A stretch of DNA of 64,000 nt from contig CM082595.2 in assembly GCA_040954595.2 (NCBI GenBank), positions 7,546,317 through 7,610,316 on the forward strand, given 5' to 3'. Numbering within the stretch: the first letter of the stretch is position 1; each line of letters opens with the position of its first letter. Made by a program: the position numbers and the translations under genes. This DNA is from Balanoglossus misakiensis (taxonomy: Eukaryota; Animalia; Hemichordata). Positions 42,008 to 56,306 of this stretch are shown here, piece by piece. The notes beneath the pieces were generated by a model. That model worked only from the letters and a program-made list of their open reading frames with translations, was not told where the DNA came from and made no database searches.

Positions 42008-45000
42008 ATGTCTATGGGACGGGCTTTTGAGTCTTCAAGAAAGGGTGACATCGACACACTGAAGTACTTGCTTCGCAACAGGCAACTTTCTGATCGAGTT
42101 AGCGACAAGTTCGGGGCAACCTGTTGTCACTATGCCGCTCGATCGGGACAGCTAGAAACGCTGAAATGGCTCATCCTCAGCGCTGGGTTGAACGGAAGTA
42201 GATCGTCGAAAAACGGAGCCACCCCGGCACATGATGCCGCTGCGGCGGGAAGATTGAAGTGTCTTCAGTGGTTGCTGCAAGACAGCGCCGGTGGATGTTG
42301 GCTGAATGACTCGGACAGTAGCGGGTGTAACGTTTTGCATTTGGCGGCTCGGTTTGGACATCTCGGCATCTTGCACTGGTTAATCGAAGATCAGGCTGTG
42401 GGAGTCACCAAAAAAGCCAACAACGGCATCAACGCTGTTCATTTTGCAGCTGCTAATGGAGACAAAAGTTGCCTCATGTATCTTCTTCAGAAAGCTCCTG
42501 GGTAAGGATTTCAATAACTGTTCTGTAAGGTTTTCGAGGTCTTGCCTGTTTGGTTTGTGGGTGGTTACACAACCATAACCCAACAGGCAAAATCTCGAGC
42601 TGCTGAACGTCAACAAGGGGTGTGTCTGATCTCTATCTGTACGTGTGTCTGTATCCCTAGCTGTGGTTAAACGCAGCTGTACCGTTCGGGGGGGGGGGGG
42701 GCTGCCCCTCCCCTCCCCCAACGGTACAGCTGCGTTACCTCAGCTACTGTATCCCCCACCAACATTTATCATTTATTATTCATGCTCTTTGAAGCTTGAG
42801 GGCTGAACACCTTAACACAATCAAAGTTGAAAAGTCTTACTTTCTAGCTATGCATTAATATTGCATATTTTGATATTCAAACTGGAAGGTAAATTTAAAC
42901 TACACACGTGGAGAAATAGATTTAGGGACATTCAATTAAAGGGTCAGTGCAAACAATAACATGTGCTAGTTATAGCCTATTTAGGTTTACTGGTAATATA
43001 TTTATTATCCTGTCTTGACCTTTAACACATTGTAGTCCAAATCATTCAAAGATCAAGTGCTCTGTCTGTGTGATAGTGACTTACTAGTACAGTGTACCGC
43101 ATAATTTTGTGGTCAAATTTTCCAGGAGTAAAAAGTACAGTATTTTTGTCAGTTTTCTTTTTCATAATCATTGCCATTTTGTAATAAAGTTAAAGCTGGA
43201 AAATGAATGAGAAAAAAATTAAGATTAGTTGGCCAGTACTAGCAATGTTGAAGTGGAGCCAATTAGAATGTGCCTCTCATAAAATGGTTTACATGTAAAT
43301 TCAACCATGACTTTGATTGGTCACGGAGAGCCAAGTACTACTTCTACTACATATTGCCATACTTCATTGGGCAATCCATTGATATTGATTCTGTTTTTAG
43401 CTGCTAGGTTTGGTCTTGGTGTAAATGCATTGCAAGTGTGCGTGTTCCAGATTTATCCATAGACTTCCGTGAATTCGCTAAGGCCAGTCAACAAGACTGC
43501 TCTCGAACCAGTCGCGTGGCTATAAATCATGCACTTCATAATGAGACTTTGTAAATAACTAATGATTAGCTAATTCCGATGGTGCATTACTCATGAATAT
43601 TCAATTAACCCGTTCATAACCCCGCAGTTTCTCTATGATATATGCCAGAGTGATTTTGATGGCGCTGAAATAAAATAATTCTAGCATAAGAGAATTTAAG
43701 GCTAAAAATGATTGACAGCATTGCCATGACACCTTGTTGTTAAAGCCTCAGTATTTCTCGTAGGGGCAAAATTTTGTTTGAAACGGCATCTATAATTTCT
43801 AAAAGTAGATGATAATTGATACTGAATCGAACAGTCATCATCCCCAGCTCTGCTCATAAACTCATACAATTTACAATATAACGAGTGAAGAATGACTTTC
43901 TGTCCGGACAGAAAGTCAGGCTCCTGTTGACACACGTGACTAGTGCGCATGCGCACTCCAATGTGAATCTATGCGGAAGAGGTTTGGTCGCCCCAAATCA
44001 AGCGACTCAGCGAAGAAATGCGCACTAATTCGGCGAAATTTTGGGAAGATAACTTTATGGGAGAAATCAGTTGATGGAACCAGATCAAATCCGAAAATAG
44101 TCTGACCATCAAATGTCAAAGTGGCACGTTTGCTGATCGACATGTACAACATTTCCGTTGTAAACAAACCCGCGCATCATTTCAAGTGTTACGGGCAATA
44201 TTTACAGCTTGCACGTAGCTACAGTTGCCCAAACCTTTCTTCTATCTTCATTATGTAGTATTCCATGACGAATGTACAGGAAAAACGGGCATTTTTCGAT
44301 GATGAAAAATGGATACACACGAGAAATACTGGGGCTTTAAGTATGTGAAAAGTTGATAAGTTTTTATTGAAATTAGGCTGACCTCAATGGTTGAGAAATC
44401 TGTTAGTAAGTTGTTGGTTGCTGCACATTATGAGTTTACCACAGGAACCTAAACTGGGTACCGTTTGTGACTATACTTGAAGTCGTGGTACTTCTCCATT
44501 AGTGATATTTGTCATTTGAAAATCCGATGTGAAATACAAAACGATAAATTCAGGTTTGTAGAACCTGGAGACAACCAGCTTACTTGTAGACTACAGGGTA
44601 AAACCTGCCTGAACCAAACCCTGTGTAAGATTTTTTGATCAACATTAGTGCATTGCTTTCAAGCCACTTGCCTACAACTTACATTTAAACATGTATCCAC
44701 AACAGAATTTTTTTTGCTGGCGTTGAACTTGCAGTTGTACACTCCATGTTAGCAGTTTACGCCTATTTTTTTTGGGGGGGGGGCAGGGGGTGCCTCTGGG
44801 GGTGTCTCTGCAGACTGGCCTCAGACAAGGGTTGGAAAATTTGGTTTAAAGGGACAAAGTTTCTCTCTTGCTGCCCATTTTCCATTATTTATGTTTGATA
44901 CAGGACATCGTTTACGTTATTCTATATGTGGATATATATAGTGAATCAAGGTTCGACCACACACACCTACCATCCCACTTGAAGACACGAGAGTGAAAAA

Positions 45001-48000
45001 GTCACCAAAATGAATAATTGGTATTTGCCATTTATTCATTTTGGCGAGATTTTTCTCTCATATTCTAGAAACGGGATGGAAATTGTGTGTGGTCGAACGT
45101 TGATTCACTATATATCCACATGTAGAATAACATAAATGGTGTCTTGTATCAAACATAATTCATGGAAAAAGAGCAGCAAGAGAGAGACTTTGTCCCTTTA
45201 ATTAATGGCACTGAAGTCAAAAGTCAATAGTGTACTGTACAACCATTGTACTTGTAAATCACTGTCAGCATCCTGTCATTTGAATAAGCAGACACGAATT
45301 TTAGTCTTATGGGCTGAAGGTTTTCACTTTTGGAAACAGGCCAATTGAAAACCTACCTTGGTGACAATAATGGATTCCATCATAACAAAAATCAATGTTA
45401 TTTTGATTTTATCAAATACATGTACTGATTGTTAGTTGAAAGCTAGTACTAACAGCTTTCCTGGCAGAAACTCTGACAAATGAGAAAGCCAATTGTACAT
45501 ACGGCTTCTAGTAAGTCATGCAAATAACTTTTCTTTGTGTAGTATGTGAAAGCTGAGTCAGAAATTCTGAGTTCAGTTCCTTCAAAATGTCGGGGCCCAT
45601 GTACAGAATTATGTAATATATAATTGCAATGGACATATAATTTTGATGGTAACAGGTCTGACTAACAGTATAAAATACTGAATAAGTTTCAGTGCTTTGA
45701 TTCTGAACCTAGTTTAAGTGGATTAAACCGTAATTCACAATTTCTGCAACAATTTGTAACCAAAAGTAAATTTTATCTTACCTTACTGAGCTACCAGTGC
45801 TCAGAATCACCAGTACATGTAACTCCAAATTGTGTGTGCTGAGATTTTGACAGAACTGTGATAGGAAATTAACAATTGCTCCCAGGGGGTAATAGAGAAA
45901 ATTAAAGAGAGGGTACCAGCAGATACTTTGTCAATCAGCAATACGTCACTCATTAAGCCTTCGTATTTTATGAATTACACTATAATATTGCTACCAGGTG
46001 GTCATTTCATTTAGAAATTTAATTGTCATACCCAGTGCAGAAATTCATACACATAGTCATTCAAACAATGCACCCCAAAAGGCACTGGCAACCAAGGGTA
46101 TTGGCAAACACAGGAAATACCCGGCCAGACAACTACCCACAATACCGATGGCTATAGTGCACCAGCCACTATTTCTGAACTATGGAATTAGACATGAGAA
46201 AGAACCCAAACTGATACCTCCAGTACATGTACAGTCGAACCTGTGTTAGTGGCAACCTCTATACATGTATAGTGGGCACTATGTTACAGTCTCTGTGCAA
46301 CTTACATGTGCATTAATTGACCTGTCTATAAAGACCACCTGTCTATAAAGGCCAGTTTAGGAAAGTCCTTTGACTGGCCACTATAGACAGGTTTGACTGT
46401 ATTACAGTATGTGCAGAGCGGTCCAATGAAAACATTCTGCAGTTGAACATCAGCTGAATGTAAGGCTTTTCATGAGTTCTTTGGACCGTGAGTAATCATG
46501 GATTACAGGAATATTATCAAGACTTACAGCCACCCATACTGTCAGCAATATCACCTAAGAGACCCGTTAGAACTGCCTTACCTTAGTCCTAATAGAATTT
46601 ATCTCCATGTACCAGTATACAGCATTTTCCAAAATGAGTTTCGTTACAATGAACATTTATTTTGTTCTCATTGCGTGACGGTCCCCAGCGATGACATGTA
46701 AATCAACAATATCACATGTTAGCTGGGTATTTTCCTTTTCTGAAAAGGGAAGATGTTTGAATAGATAGGAGCAAAAGAGATCAACAGATACAATTGATGT
46801 GTACAGTGTTATCATCTTGCATTGAAATGAACAGAAACTAGCAGAGTTTGTATCTACTGCAAAACGGGTTATTTTCGCGACAGGAAATTTTCGCGATATC
46901 AAAGGAGGCAACTGTTACGCGAGGATTAATTTTCATGTTCTCTTATTTTTAGTGGATCTTTATCTCCGAAAAACATTTTACAAGACTTTATTTTCACGTT
47001 TTTTTTGGCTCTCGCGTAATTCGTGAAAATTTATGGCTCGCAAAAATAACCCGTTTTACAGTAACTCCTCTGACTAAAATCAGAGTGAGCATTATTGAAT
47101 ATTTCTGAGTGGAAGTCAAAATGAAGTTACTGTTGTGTAATAAAAATGATGAAAGCAGGGAAATGTGCTACCGGTATTATTAAATTCGAATAGTAATCCA
47201 CTTTTTATGTTTTCTATCTTTCATATGGCCATTACATGGGATACTTCTTAGTTCTAAGTACAAATGCTTTGCAGAGTTCTAGAAATTGATACATAATTTT
47301 AAATCTACAGTGTAGTGATATTCATGTGATTGCATAAGGTTATAACCTTACCTCAGTGTTATGTTAATACATTATCAAAGTATTTTTGCCAAGGAGGAAC
47401 AACTGGTAATTGATTTCAAATCCCTGAAAACACCAGCTGTTGCCATGTATTGTTACCACACACTTAATATACCCTGGGGGAAACCCCAGTAAAATGATTG
47501 GGGAGCCCCCATAATGTTGACCTGGATACCGCTAACTACTGTAAAACACTTTTTTTCGCGAGCAATAAATTTTCGCGAAATACGCGAGACCCATAATAGC
47601 GTGAAAATAAAAAGTCGCGTAATTTTTTTTAAAGATAACGATGCAGTGAATGAAGTAAGAGAACGCGAAAGTTAATACTCGCGAAACAGTGGCCTCTCTT
47701 GATATCGCGGAAATTTCAACTCGCGAAAAAATAAAGTGTTTTACAGTATTGATGATGTTCAGAAGTAATGCATATGAAACTGTGAATCTGAAGATTCTGC
47801 ATTACATTAATGTTTGTTAATGTAAATTAAAATGTTAATATATAATGTCACTTATATAGTGGCAGTAGAACAATAAGTGTAAAATTTACAGCAAAAAATC
47901 TTTAATTGGTGCCAACAACACCATTGAAGCCAAACTGATATTAAAGCTGCCATTATTTTTGAATTTCACTTTCTACCTTAGATTGGTGCATTTAAAGTGA

Positions 48001-51000
48001 AGCGGTTGTCATGCTGCGTTCGGTTGTTTACAAACATTACAATTCATCCACAAATCCCTGAAATTAGATAATATTTTAGAATGAACGAAGCAGCCTACCG
48101 TAGTGTAGACGGGGCATGACAGCAACTGAAGATCCTAGTAGGTCGTGGCGACTGCAGTGGGGTTTGCACTGGTATGGGAGGACATATTCTCATCAAGGGG
48201 GACGCCCTCGCTGCGCGACGACCCCTTCCCTTTAAATATTAGCTTACTGTTGGGCAAACAAAAATGTATTACATCAACCTGTGGTTGTGGCAGCTATTAG
48301 GGCTTTTAAATCAAAATAGGAGCAAAGTTATTCTTGACATTATTTTTTTCTTCTTCTGTGATTGTAGCATTGTGAATGACAAAGCGGAGAATGGTGCCAC
48401 TCCAGTCTACTTTGCAGCCCAAGAAGGTCACTTAGGTTGTGTCAAGTATCTGGTCTTAGATGTTGGCGCCAATGTTCATTTGAAGGCGAAAGATGGCATG
48501 CAACCTGTACATGCAGCGGCACAAATGGGACATCTTCCAGTTGTTCAGTGGTTGGTGAGTGCAGATATTTTGATTTTTACAAAAATTACCTTCCGCCAAC
48601 TTATATAATTTTATTTCATGCGTGAAAATTGACAATGATAATGGTTTGTCACCTTACAACCAGATTAAAGTCAGATGTAGGGTACAGAGACGTCTTTTAC
48701 TTATATGCTGTACAGTATTTTTCACATCTGAACCTTGTAGATCTCTATGTACACAAAAACTTATCTAACCAGAGATTTCCTAGCTGACTTTTAGCGTGAC
48801 TTGTATGCAACCTGTATATGTATTTCTGGAGATGATATGCAATTGCCTCTCGTTATCTTTGCTGTTTCAGGTCCAGGAACAAGGTGCAAGAGTCATAGAG
48901 AGAGATAATGATGGTGCCACACCCATCCACTTTGCCGCTAGTAGGGGACATACCGCTGTCGTCAAATGGTTGCTAAGTATCGGAGGGACATGTGAAGTGG
49001 ACAATCTAGGTGGCACTCCATTGCATGATGCAGCTGAACATGGCCAGTTACAGGTGAGGTCACTCAAGCACCATTTTATCTATAGTGAATTAGTAACATA
49101 TACTGTATCTAATCCGAGAATTTAGATTGACAAGAATTAGACTGATACACTTTATAGCAATAGCCCAATACTTCTTCTAATAAATCATTCTTGTAATTAT
49201 CAGTACATGAATGGGATGATGGCATTAATAGATATTTAGGTCAAAGTAGGTAAATTCTCTGTTCTGCGTCCGTTCAAAGTCTGAAATGTTCCAGTAGATG
49301 GGTACATGTAAGTGGTTATAAAACACACATACAAAATTTATGTCACTGCATGTAATATGGCTGTGATATGATTGCAAAAAAATAATTTAACCCTAATGCT
49401 ACTGGGTGTCATACCTGTTTAAAATGTCAAGTGCCTTAAAATATGCATTTGCCACTGTTTCTTCTAAAACGTATTTTGACCGTCTTGAAATGGCTCTCAT
49501 ACGTACTTAGACACACTTGGCAGTCTGAGCCCAAGTACCAAATCGCATGGTTTGCACTGTATTGGTCTGAGGGTCTTGTATAGGCCCTACTGATTAACAC
49601 ACACTTGGCAGTCTAACAGGCCTGGGAGCCAGGATTCTAGGCACCCTGGAAATCAAACCAGTTTCAACTGACTTGGCAGCGTTAGGGTTAATGTTGCAAT
49701 ACAAATGTCATGGCTTATTTTTGCGATATGCAGGAAAATTTTGTGCGTGTGATTTTCTTTCAAACCTTTGGAAACCTACAGGTGTGTAACCGCAAAACAA
49801 ATAATTTGCTTACAGTGGCCTTTCAAGTGTTTGGGTTATTAAGTTCTAGGAAAACTCGATAAATTCCCAAGTGGGACAATAGGACACATTCATGACCCCT
49901 ACATAACCTTACTTGCTGTCCCACTTTTGCCGACTGAATAATAATTAAAGCCTCTAGAGCTGCCAAATTTCACATACCTTTTCAACAATAAAATACTTCA
50001 AATATATTCCCTATTCTTTAAAATCCTCACCATTAAGCCATATTACTTGTATTTGCATCAGTTTGTCATCTCTTGGCGACGCATACGAGAGAGAGACTTT
50101 GTCCCCTTCAAGAAGTTGCCTCTTGGAATCTTCATATGCTCTGCTCTTGTCATTTGCATTTCCTTTGTTTCTTTAATTGCAAGCAGAAGCTGCATCAGTC
50201 TGTTGGATAAATAAGAGAATTATCATCAAATCATACTGAACTTTTCCCTTTTTTTGTCTAGTGTGTAAAAACTCTGCTGGAATTTGGTTGTGATGTGAAC
50301 CTTGAAGACAAAGATGGAATGGTGGCCTCTGATCTGGCAAAAGCATGTGGCCACAATGAAGTTGCAAAATATATTCGAAAATTTGAGAAAGGGGTAAGAC
50401 ATTGGTCAGGTTTTCATTATTTTCAAACTCAACACATTTATATGCGTACCCTTTGGACAATGTGGTAACTTAACCGGCTTTATAAAACATATATCACTAA
50501 ATACTGATTTATGTCGCTCTTTCAAAGCTTACAACAGAAAGAACAAAGTCATCTCATTGAATTGTGGATTTTTGGATTCTCTTCTTTTGTATGTATAATG
50601 AAAATCCGTAATAAAATATAGGGGTCACCGCGCTTGTTTATGAAATACAGAGCCATGAATTTGGTCGATTATAGAAGAAAACTGCTGACCCAGCATTTAC
50701 TAAAAATGGTTTGTCTATGGGCAAATATTTTAACGAAATTTACCTCAAAATAGAGTGCGGTGACCACACAATTTTATATTAACTTGACTGAGCTATGTGT
50801 AAAATTTCGTGAAAATGACAAAAGTAGAAGTTTGTTTTCTAGCAATGATCAATGTAATCCTATGGGAAAAAGACACACGTGCACTGTTTATCAGTTGATG
50901 TTCTGCGCGTACATCCTTAAGAAAAAAAAGCCTATAAATGTATTTGAAATTTGACCTGTAACAAAATGTTTCTTGTAATTTTCTTCACAGAAGCCAACAC

Positions 51001-54000
51001 CCCCAACTTCACCTGCAAAGCCGACTGGGATAATGAAAAGACAGTTATCTGGCAGCAGTCAGGCTGGGGTGTATGTCAAACACACCGTTCAAAGTCCCTA
51101 TCAAGTGAATGGTGAGGTCCAAGGTCAAAGGTTACAGTCGTCCAATAGCGCGGGGGGCCCACACTGCAAGGATGCGGAAACTGGTGAGGGATTGAAAAGA
51201 CCACCGCTTTTACGAGAGAGTGAAGTCGACGATTCACGTGCAAACTCTGTGCACAGCTGGGATATTCCCCCGCCTCCCGATGTTCCGGCACCACCACCAC
51301 CAGTAGCAGCACCTGGAAAATTCAAATATCGGCCACCGACCCCACCTCCTTCCCGGAAACACCAATCACCGTCTCTATCCTCGACCCAAGAAGAGGCCAG
51401 CCTCAATGGAGAGGTCGTCGACCACGCAGCGTACCCGCCGGCGTTTGATTCATTGATGATAACAATGGCAAAGACGATACCCAAGCATAAAGCACGACAA
51501 GAACAAGAGAGATTGAGATCAACGCCGTCGACTGCGGTTATGAAAACAGAGGCACAGCAGCCAAGACCTGTCAGTGGCCACGCGGAAAAATCCTCTTCTG
51601 TAAACAAAGTGGTTCCAGTACTCTCCAGATATCCTGCACCAGCCCCAAAGACAACAACAACACCGGTTATTTCACCACACCCATTACCACCCACCCCTCC
51701 ACAAAAACAACCGCAGGCTCTTCACTCACCCCCACCTGCACCCCCACCCGCACCACCACCACCACCCCCACCCCCACCACCATCGAAACCAGTGTCTCGG
51801 CATCGACCCTTGTCGGTGGAAATCAACCAGAATGGAGATAGTGTGAATTGGATTTCGAACAACAGCTCATCTTCTATTTCATCAGGGATGACATCATCAT
51901 CTGGTATGTAAATTTATATGCTCCCATGCCATATGTAAATATGGCTGGAGCATCATTTAAGGGACAAAGTCTCTCTCTCGCTGCCCTTATTCCATTAATT
52001 GTTTGATACAAGACAGTGTTTATGTTAATGTACGTGTGGATATATAGTGAATCAATGTTCAACCACACACAACTTCCATCCCGTTTGTAGGATGTGAGAG
52101 TAAAAATCTCGCCAAAATGAATAAATGGTAACACTGATTATTCATTTTGGCAAGTTTTTCACTCTTATAATGAGTCTACAAGTGGGATGGAAGTTGTGTG
52201 TGGTCGAACGTTGATTCACTATATATCCACATGTAGAATAACATAAATGGTGTCTTGTATCAAACATAATTAACAGAAAAAGGGCAGCAAGAGAGAGAGA
52301 CTTTGTCCCTTTAATAAGGTATCTGAACTTAAAGGGACAAAGTCTCTCTCTCGCTGCCCTTTTTTCCATTAATTATGTTTGATACAAGACACTGTTTATG
52401 TTAATGTACATGTGGATATATAGTGAATCAACATTCAACCACACAAAACTTCCTTCCCACTTGTATGATATGAGAGTAAAAACTCGCCCAAAATGAATAA
52501 ATGGTAAAGAACGATTATTCATTTTGGCGAGTTTTTTCACTCTCCTGTCTGTAAGAGGTATGGAAGTTGTGTGTAACGGAACGTTGATTCACTATATATC
52601 CACATGTAGAATAACAACCGGTGTCTTGTATCAAATATAATTAATGAAAAAATGGGCAGCGAGAGAGAGACTTTGTCCCTTTAAGGGGCGAAACAATTGA
52701 TTTCTGAGTAAGGTTGGGGGATCGGGTTACAGTAGAAACTTTCTTTGTTCCGCCACTGTTACAGGAAGTAATCTGTTATATTGTGATCACATGATCATCT
52801 TGAACCACTGCAATTTTTGCCTTTCATTCTCTTGAGCTAACAATGATGTTAATTTACAGTATAGATGTAAAAAGAAATACTGTAAAACACTTTATTTTCA
52901 TGAGTTGAAATTTTCACAATATCGAGAGAGACCACTGTTTCGCGAGTATTGATTTTCGCGTTCTCTTATTTCATTCACTGCATCGTTATCTTCAAAATAA
53001 ATTTAAGCGACTTTATATTTTCACGCTATTTTGGCTCTCGCGTATTTCGCGAAAATTAATTGCTCGCGAAAATAAAGTGTTATTGAGTATCTATGTTTGT
53101 GTATGACACTGTGACTTATGATAAATAAAAAGCGTTACGTGTTTTTCTTTTATTGCCTAGTTTCTTCACAGGGACAGTTGCATGCAGACATGTTTGCAGA
53201 AATCAAAGCAGGGGTGGCTTTGCAGAAAAACAAGGAAAATACTGCTATCAGTGGAATTAAAAAGGTAAAGGAAAAACGCATGTCAGTATGTTGTCTTTTT
53301 CATATGTGTTGGACCCTTTCACGACCATGGTTCAGTCCAAACCTATTGTTTTTTATTGTAAGGTTGGACCTCTTAAGAGGGAATTGGGGGTGAAAGGGTT
53401 AAAGGAAGAGTGGCATCAACCGTAATGCTACAGGGTGTCATACCTGTTTAGAGTGTCAAGTCCCTTAAAATGTGAATTTGCCACCTTTTCTTCTTAAATG
53501 TATTTTGACTGTCTTGACATACATACTTTAGACACACTTGGCAGTCTGAGCCCCCTGTAAAATGTACCAAAGCACACTGGTTTGCACTGTATTGGTCTGA
53601 GGGTCTTGTATACCTGTAGGCCCTACCCGGTACTGATTAACACACACTTGGCAGTCTAACAGGCCTGGGAGCCAGGATTCTAGGCACCTTGGAAATCAAA
53701 CCGGTTTCAACCGACTTGGCAGCGTTTGGGTTAATGTTGTCACAGGGAGCGGAACATGAAAGCATGATTGATACATAGACTACTGAAAAAAAATGCCAAA
53801 ATTTACAGAATGTAGACATTTAAACTTGATTGTGATGTTTATTTTTCTTGCAGATAACTGTAGATATCAAACCAAATGATCAGATCGCTGGTAAAGTGTA
53901 TGAAGCGAAGGATGTGATTGGTCAGATTCCATCAGTGGATGACAACGGGAAGCCAATACCTGATTGGAAACGACAAATTCTGGCGAGGAAAGCTGCTGAA

Positions 54001-56256
54001 CAAGCCACCAAAGATGCTGCGATTGCATTACAAAAACAAACGGTAGGACAAAACATCATTGTAGGCGATTTAAAGGGACAAAGTCTCTCTCTCGCTGCCC
54101 TTTTCCCATTAATTATGTTTGACACAAGACACCTTTTATGTTAATGTGCATGTGTATATGTAGGAAATGAACATTCAACCACACATCCCGCTTTTAAAAT
54201 ATGAGAGTACTAAAAACTTGATGAAAATGAATGAGTGGTAAAGACTGATTATTCATTTTGGTGATTTTTTTCACTCTCGTGTCTACAAGTGCGATGGCAG
54301 TTGTGTTTTGTCGAACGTTGATTCATTATATATCCACATGTAGAATAACATGGTGTCTTGTGTAAAACATAATAAATGGAAAAAAGGGGCAGCGAGAGAG
54401 AGACTTTGTCCCTTTAATGGATTGTTTATATAGGTCACTTTCATGACCCCTATATGACCTTATATTCTTGTACTTCTGTTTGTATGGGGTTGACAAAATT
54501 CAACATTTTGAGACGTGTAACATGTTGCTTGAAAAAGAGCCACCTTTTCAATTCAGTACATAAATTATTGACTACAGCTACAGTTATGGATTTTCTGTAG
54601 AGGCTTTTATAGTCAGCCTGAAGGATTCTTACCAACAGAAGTACAAGGAATTCTCGTTTCAGTGCCTAGGTGTGTTTTCAGTCCACCTTGAGCTAACATG
54701 AGCAGAGTTCCCCAACCATCAAAACCAATGAGGGGTTTCACAGTCATATTGATATGCAGATTCTATCAAAACAGGCCAAGGGTGGACTCTGGTCTGTTGT
54801 ACAACGCAACAGAACAAACGTAGCCACTGACATTTTTATCAGACAAAACACACAAAATAAATGGACGGCCTGCCAACCTTGTATCAAACTTTTAGATAAG
54901 ACTATCAATGGGTGACGCCACTATAGTCTATACAGTGGAAATATTGCAGGTATTTCCCTCGTATTTATCTCTGTAACTCAGTTTAGGGCTTTACATCATT
55001 TACATTCGACAAACTTTGTAGTTATACCGATAATGATAGAAAACATTATCATATGCATTTAATCCTTGGTGACCCCCCTAGCTCCCGTTCAACAACCATT
55101 GCAGCTGATGCTTTCAAATTTTAACGTGTGATCACAATATATTTATTTACAATGTACATTTATATTCATTGCACTTTATTTCAGAGGGAAAATCAGGTCA
55201 ACAAATACAGTGGACTTCCTGCATGGAAAGCAGACTTGCTGAGAAAGAAGGATGAAGCTGCTGAACAGTGAGTACAAATGATCAAGCTTTAAAGGGACAA
55301 AGTCTCTCTCTCGCTGCCCTTTTTTCATAATTATATTTGATACAAGATGCTGTTTGTTATTCTACATGTGGATATATAGTGAATGAACGTTCAACCACAC
55401 ACAACTTCGCCATCTTATAGACAGGAGAGTGAAACAACTCGCCAAAATGAATAATCGTTCCATTTATTCATTTGGGGCGAGTTTTTACTACCATATCATA
55501 CAAGTGGGATGAAAGTTGTGTGTGGTCGAACGTTGATTCACTATATATCCACATGTAGAATAACATAAACGGTGTCTTGTATCAAACATAATTAATGGAA
55601 AAGGGGCAGCGAGAGAGAGACTTTGTCCCTTTAATATCAGTAGACTGGAAAATCTCACACTCCTGGCATGCTGGGAGTGTGGGATCAGAATGTAAGAACA
55701 AATCGATCCCACACTCTCACTGAATCGAAAGCTGTATATGACGCGAGCGCTGATTGGTTGACAAAGCGTCTTTTGCCAACGAGCACTAAATGTTATCCAA
55801 TGGCGCGATGTGTACAGAGACTACAACATGCCAGGCGACAGTTCCAGAGTCATTTCTTCAATGTTTTTGACAAATTTGGCTAACATGTAACCGCATTTTA
55901 ATAGTTAAAGGGAAAAAGTCTCTCTCCCGTGGCCATTTTCCAGATTAATTATGTTTCATACAAGACACCGTTTATGTTATTCTACATGTGGATATATAGT
56001 GAATCAACGTTCGACCACACACTGATCGAATGCAAAAAATTGGCAGCTCTAGAGGTTTTAAATGTTAATCATTTATTCTTCCAGATTAAAAAGAGAAGAA
56101 GAGGAAAAAGCTTTGAGATTGGAAGAAGAAAGAAAGCGAATAGCACAGCTGGAAAAAGAACGAAAGAAACAACAATTTACAAGAAATGCTGGAGCATTGA
56201 AACCATGGGAGCAAGAAATCTTAGCTGCCAAACAGGGAAAGGGTTTAGAAAAATAG
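42008..56256 (+). CDS. ESPN: Espin/forked-family actin-bundling protein, ~818 aa
   Basis: Exons 42008-42501, 48368-48554, 48871-49053, 50262-50393 (ankyrin repeats, e.g. [27 protein letters not shown]), 50991-51903 (Pro-rich), 53161-53264 (WH2-like [14 protein letters not shown]), 53854-54042 ([17 protein letters not shown]), 55185-55267 ([12 protein letters not shown]), 56085-56256 (coiled coil, LKPWEQEIL, stop). All GT-AG and phase-consistent (2457 nt). Confidence 0.9.
42658..42746. mobile_element. 89-bp hairpin element, TAG...CTA, 9-bp TSD
   Basis: TAGCTG.GG..AACGCAGCTGTACCGTT..AACGGTACAGCTGCGTT.CC.CAGCTA; CTGTATCCC on both sides. Confidence 0.8.
43740..44340. mobile_element. ~600-bp TTAA element with Kolobok-like ends
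   Basis: TTAA-AGCCTCAGTATTTCTCGT...ACGAGAAATACTGGGGCT-TTAA. Confidence 0.75.
44846..45201. mobile_element. MITE family K copy
   Basis: Both TTAA-bounded termini present. Confidence 0.85.
46230..46401. mobile_element. Tigger/pogo-like MITE with TA TSD
   Basis: TA-CAGTCGAACCTGTGTTAGTGGC...GCCACTATAGACAGGTTTGACTG-TA. Confidence 0.7.
46855..47063. mobile_element. MITE family A copy
   Basis: TACTGCAAAACGGGTTATTTT...AAAATAACCCGTTTTACAGTA. Confidence 0.8.
47537..47748. mobile_element. MITE family A copy
   Basis: TACTGTAAAACACTT...AAGTGTTTTACAGTA. Confidence 0.85.
47992..48235. mobile_element. ~245-bp TTAA MITE; second copy ~57885-58126
   Basis: TTAA-AGTGAAGCGGTTGT...ACGACCCCTTCCCT-TTAA; interior ggcatgacagcaactgaagatcctagtaggtcgtggcgactgcagtggggtttg shared. 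Confidence 0.7.
49387..49691. mobile_element. piggyBac-like ~310-bp MITE copy
   Basis: TTAACCCTAATGCT...AGCGTTAGGGTTAA. Confidence 0.8.
51957..52684. mobile_element. Two adjacent MITE family K copies (51957-52314, 52329-52684)
   Basis: Four termini visible, separated by a 14-bp spacer. Confidence 0.88.
52878..53089. mobile_element. MITE family A copy
   Basis: TACTGTAAAACACTTTATTTTC...GAAAATAAAGTGTT, right end degenerate. Confidence 0.8.
53417..53734. mobile_element. piggyBac-like ~315-bp MITE copy
   Basis: Interior matches 49387-49691; ends GGGTTAA. Confidence 0.75.
54070..54417. mobile_element. MITE family K copy
   Basis: Both TTAA-bounded termini present. Confidence 0.85.
55289..55634. 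mobile_element. MITE family K copy (half copy at 55905-56021)
   Basis: Both TTAA-bounded termini present. Confidence 0.85.
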
Positions 56257-56306
56257 TTGTGTCAAAGTTAGTAGTCTTGAATTTCTTTGTTGTGTATTAA
56301 AGCGCC

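Noticed and set aside
51076-51694. Antisense ORFs of 189 aa and 78 aa
   Set aside because: Shadow frames of the GC-rich Pro-rich espin exon.
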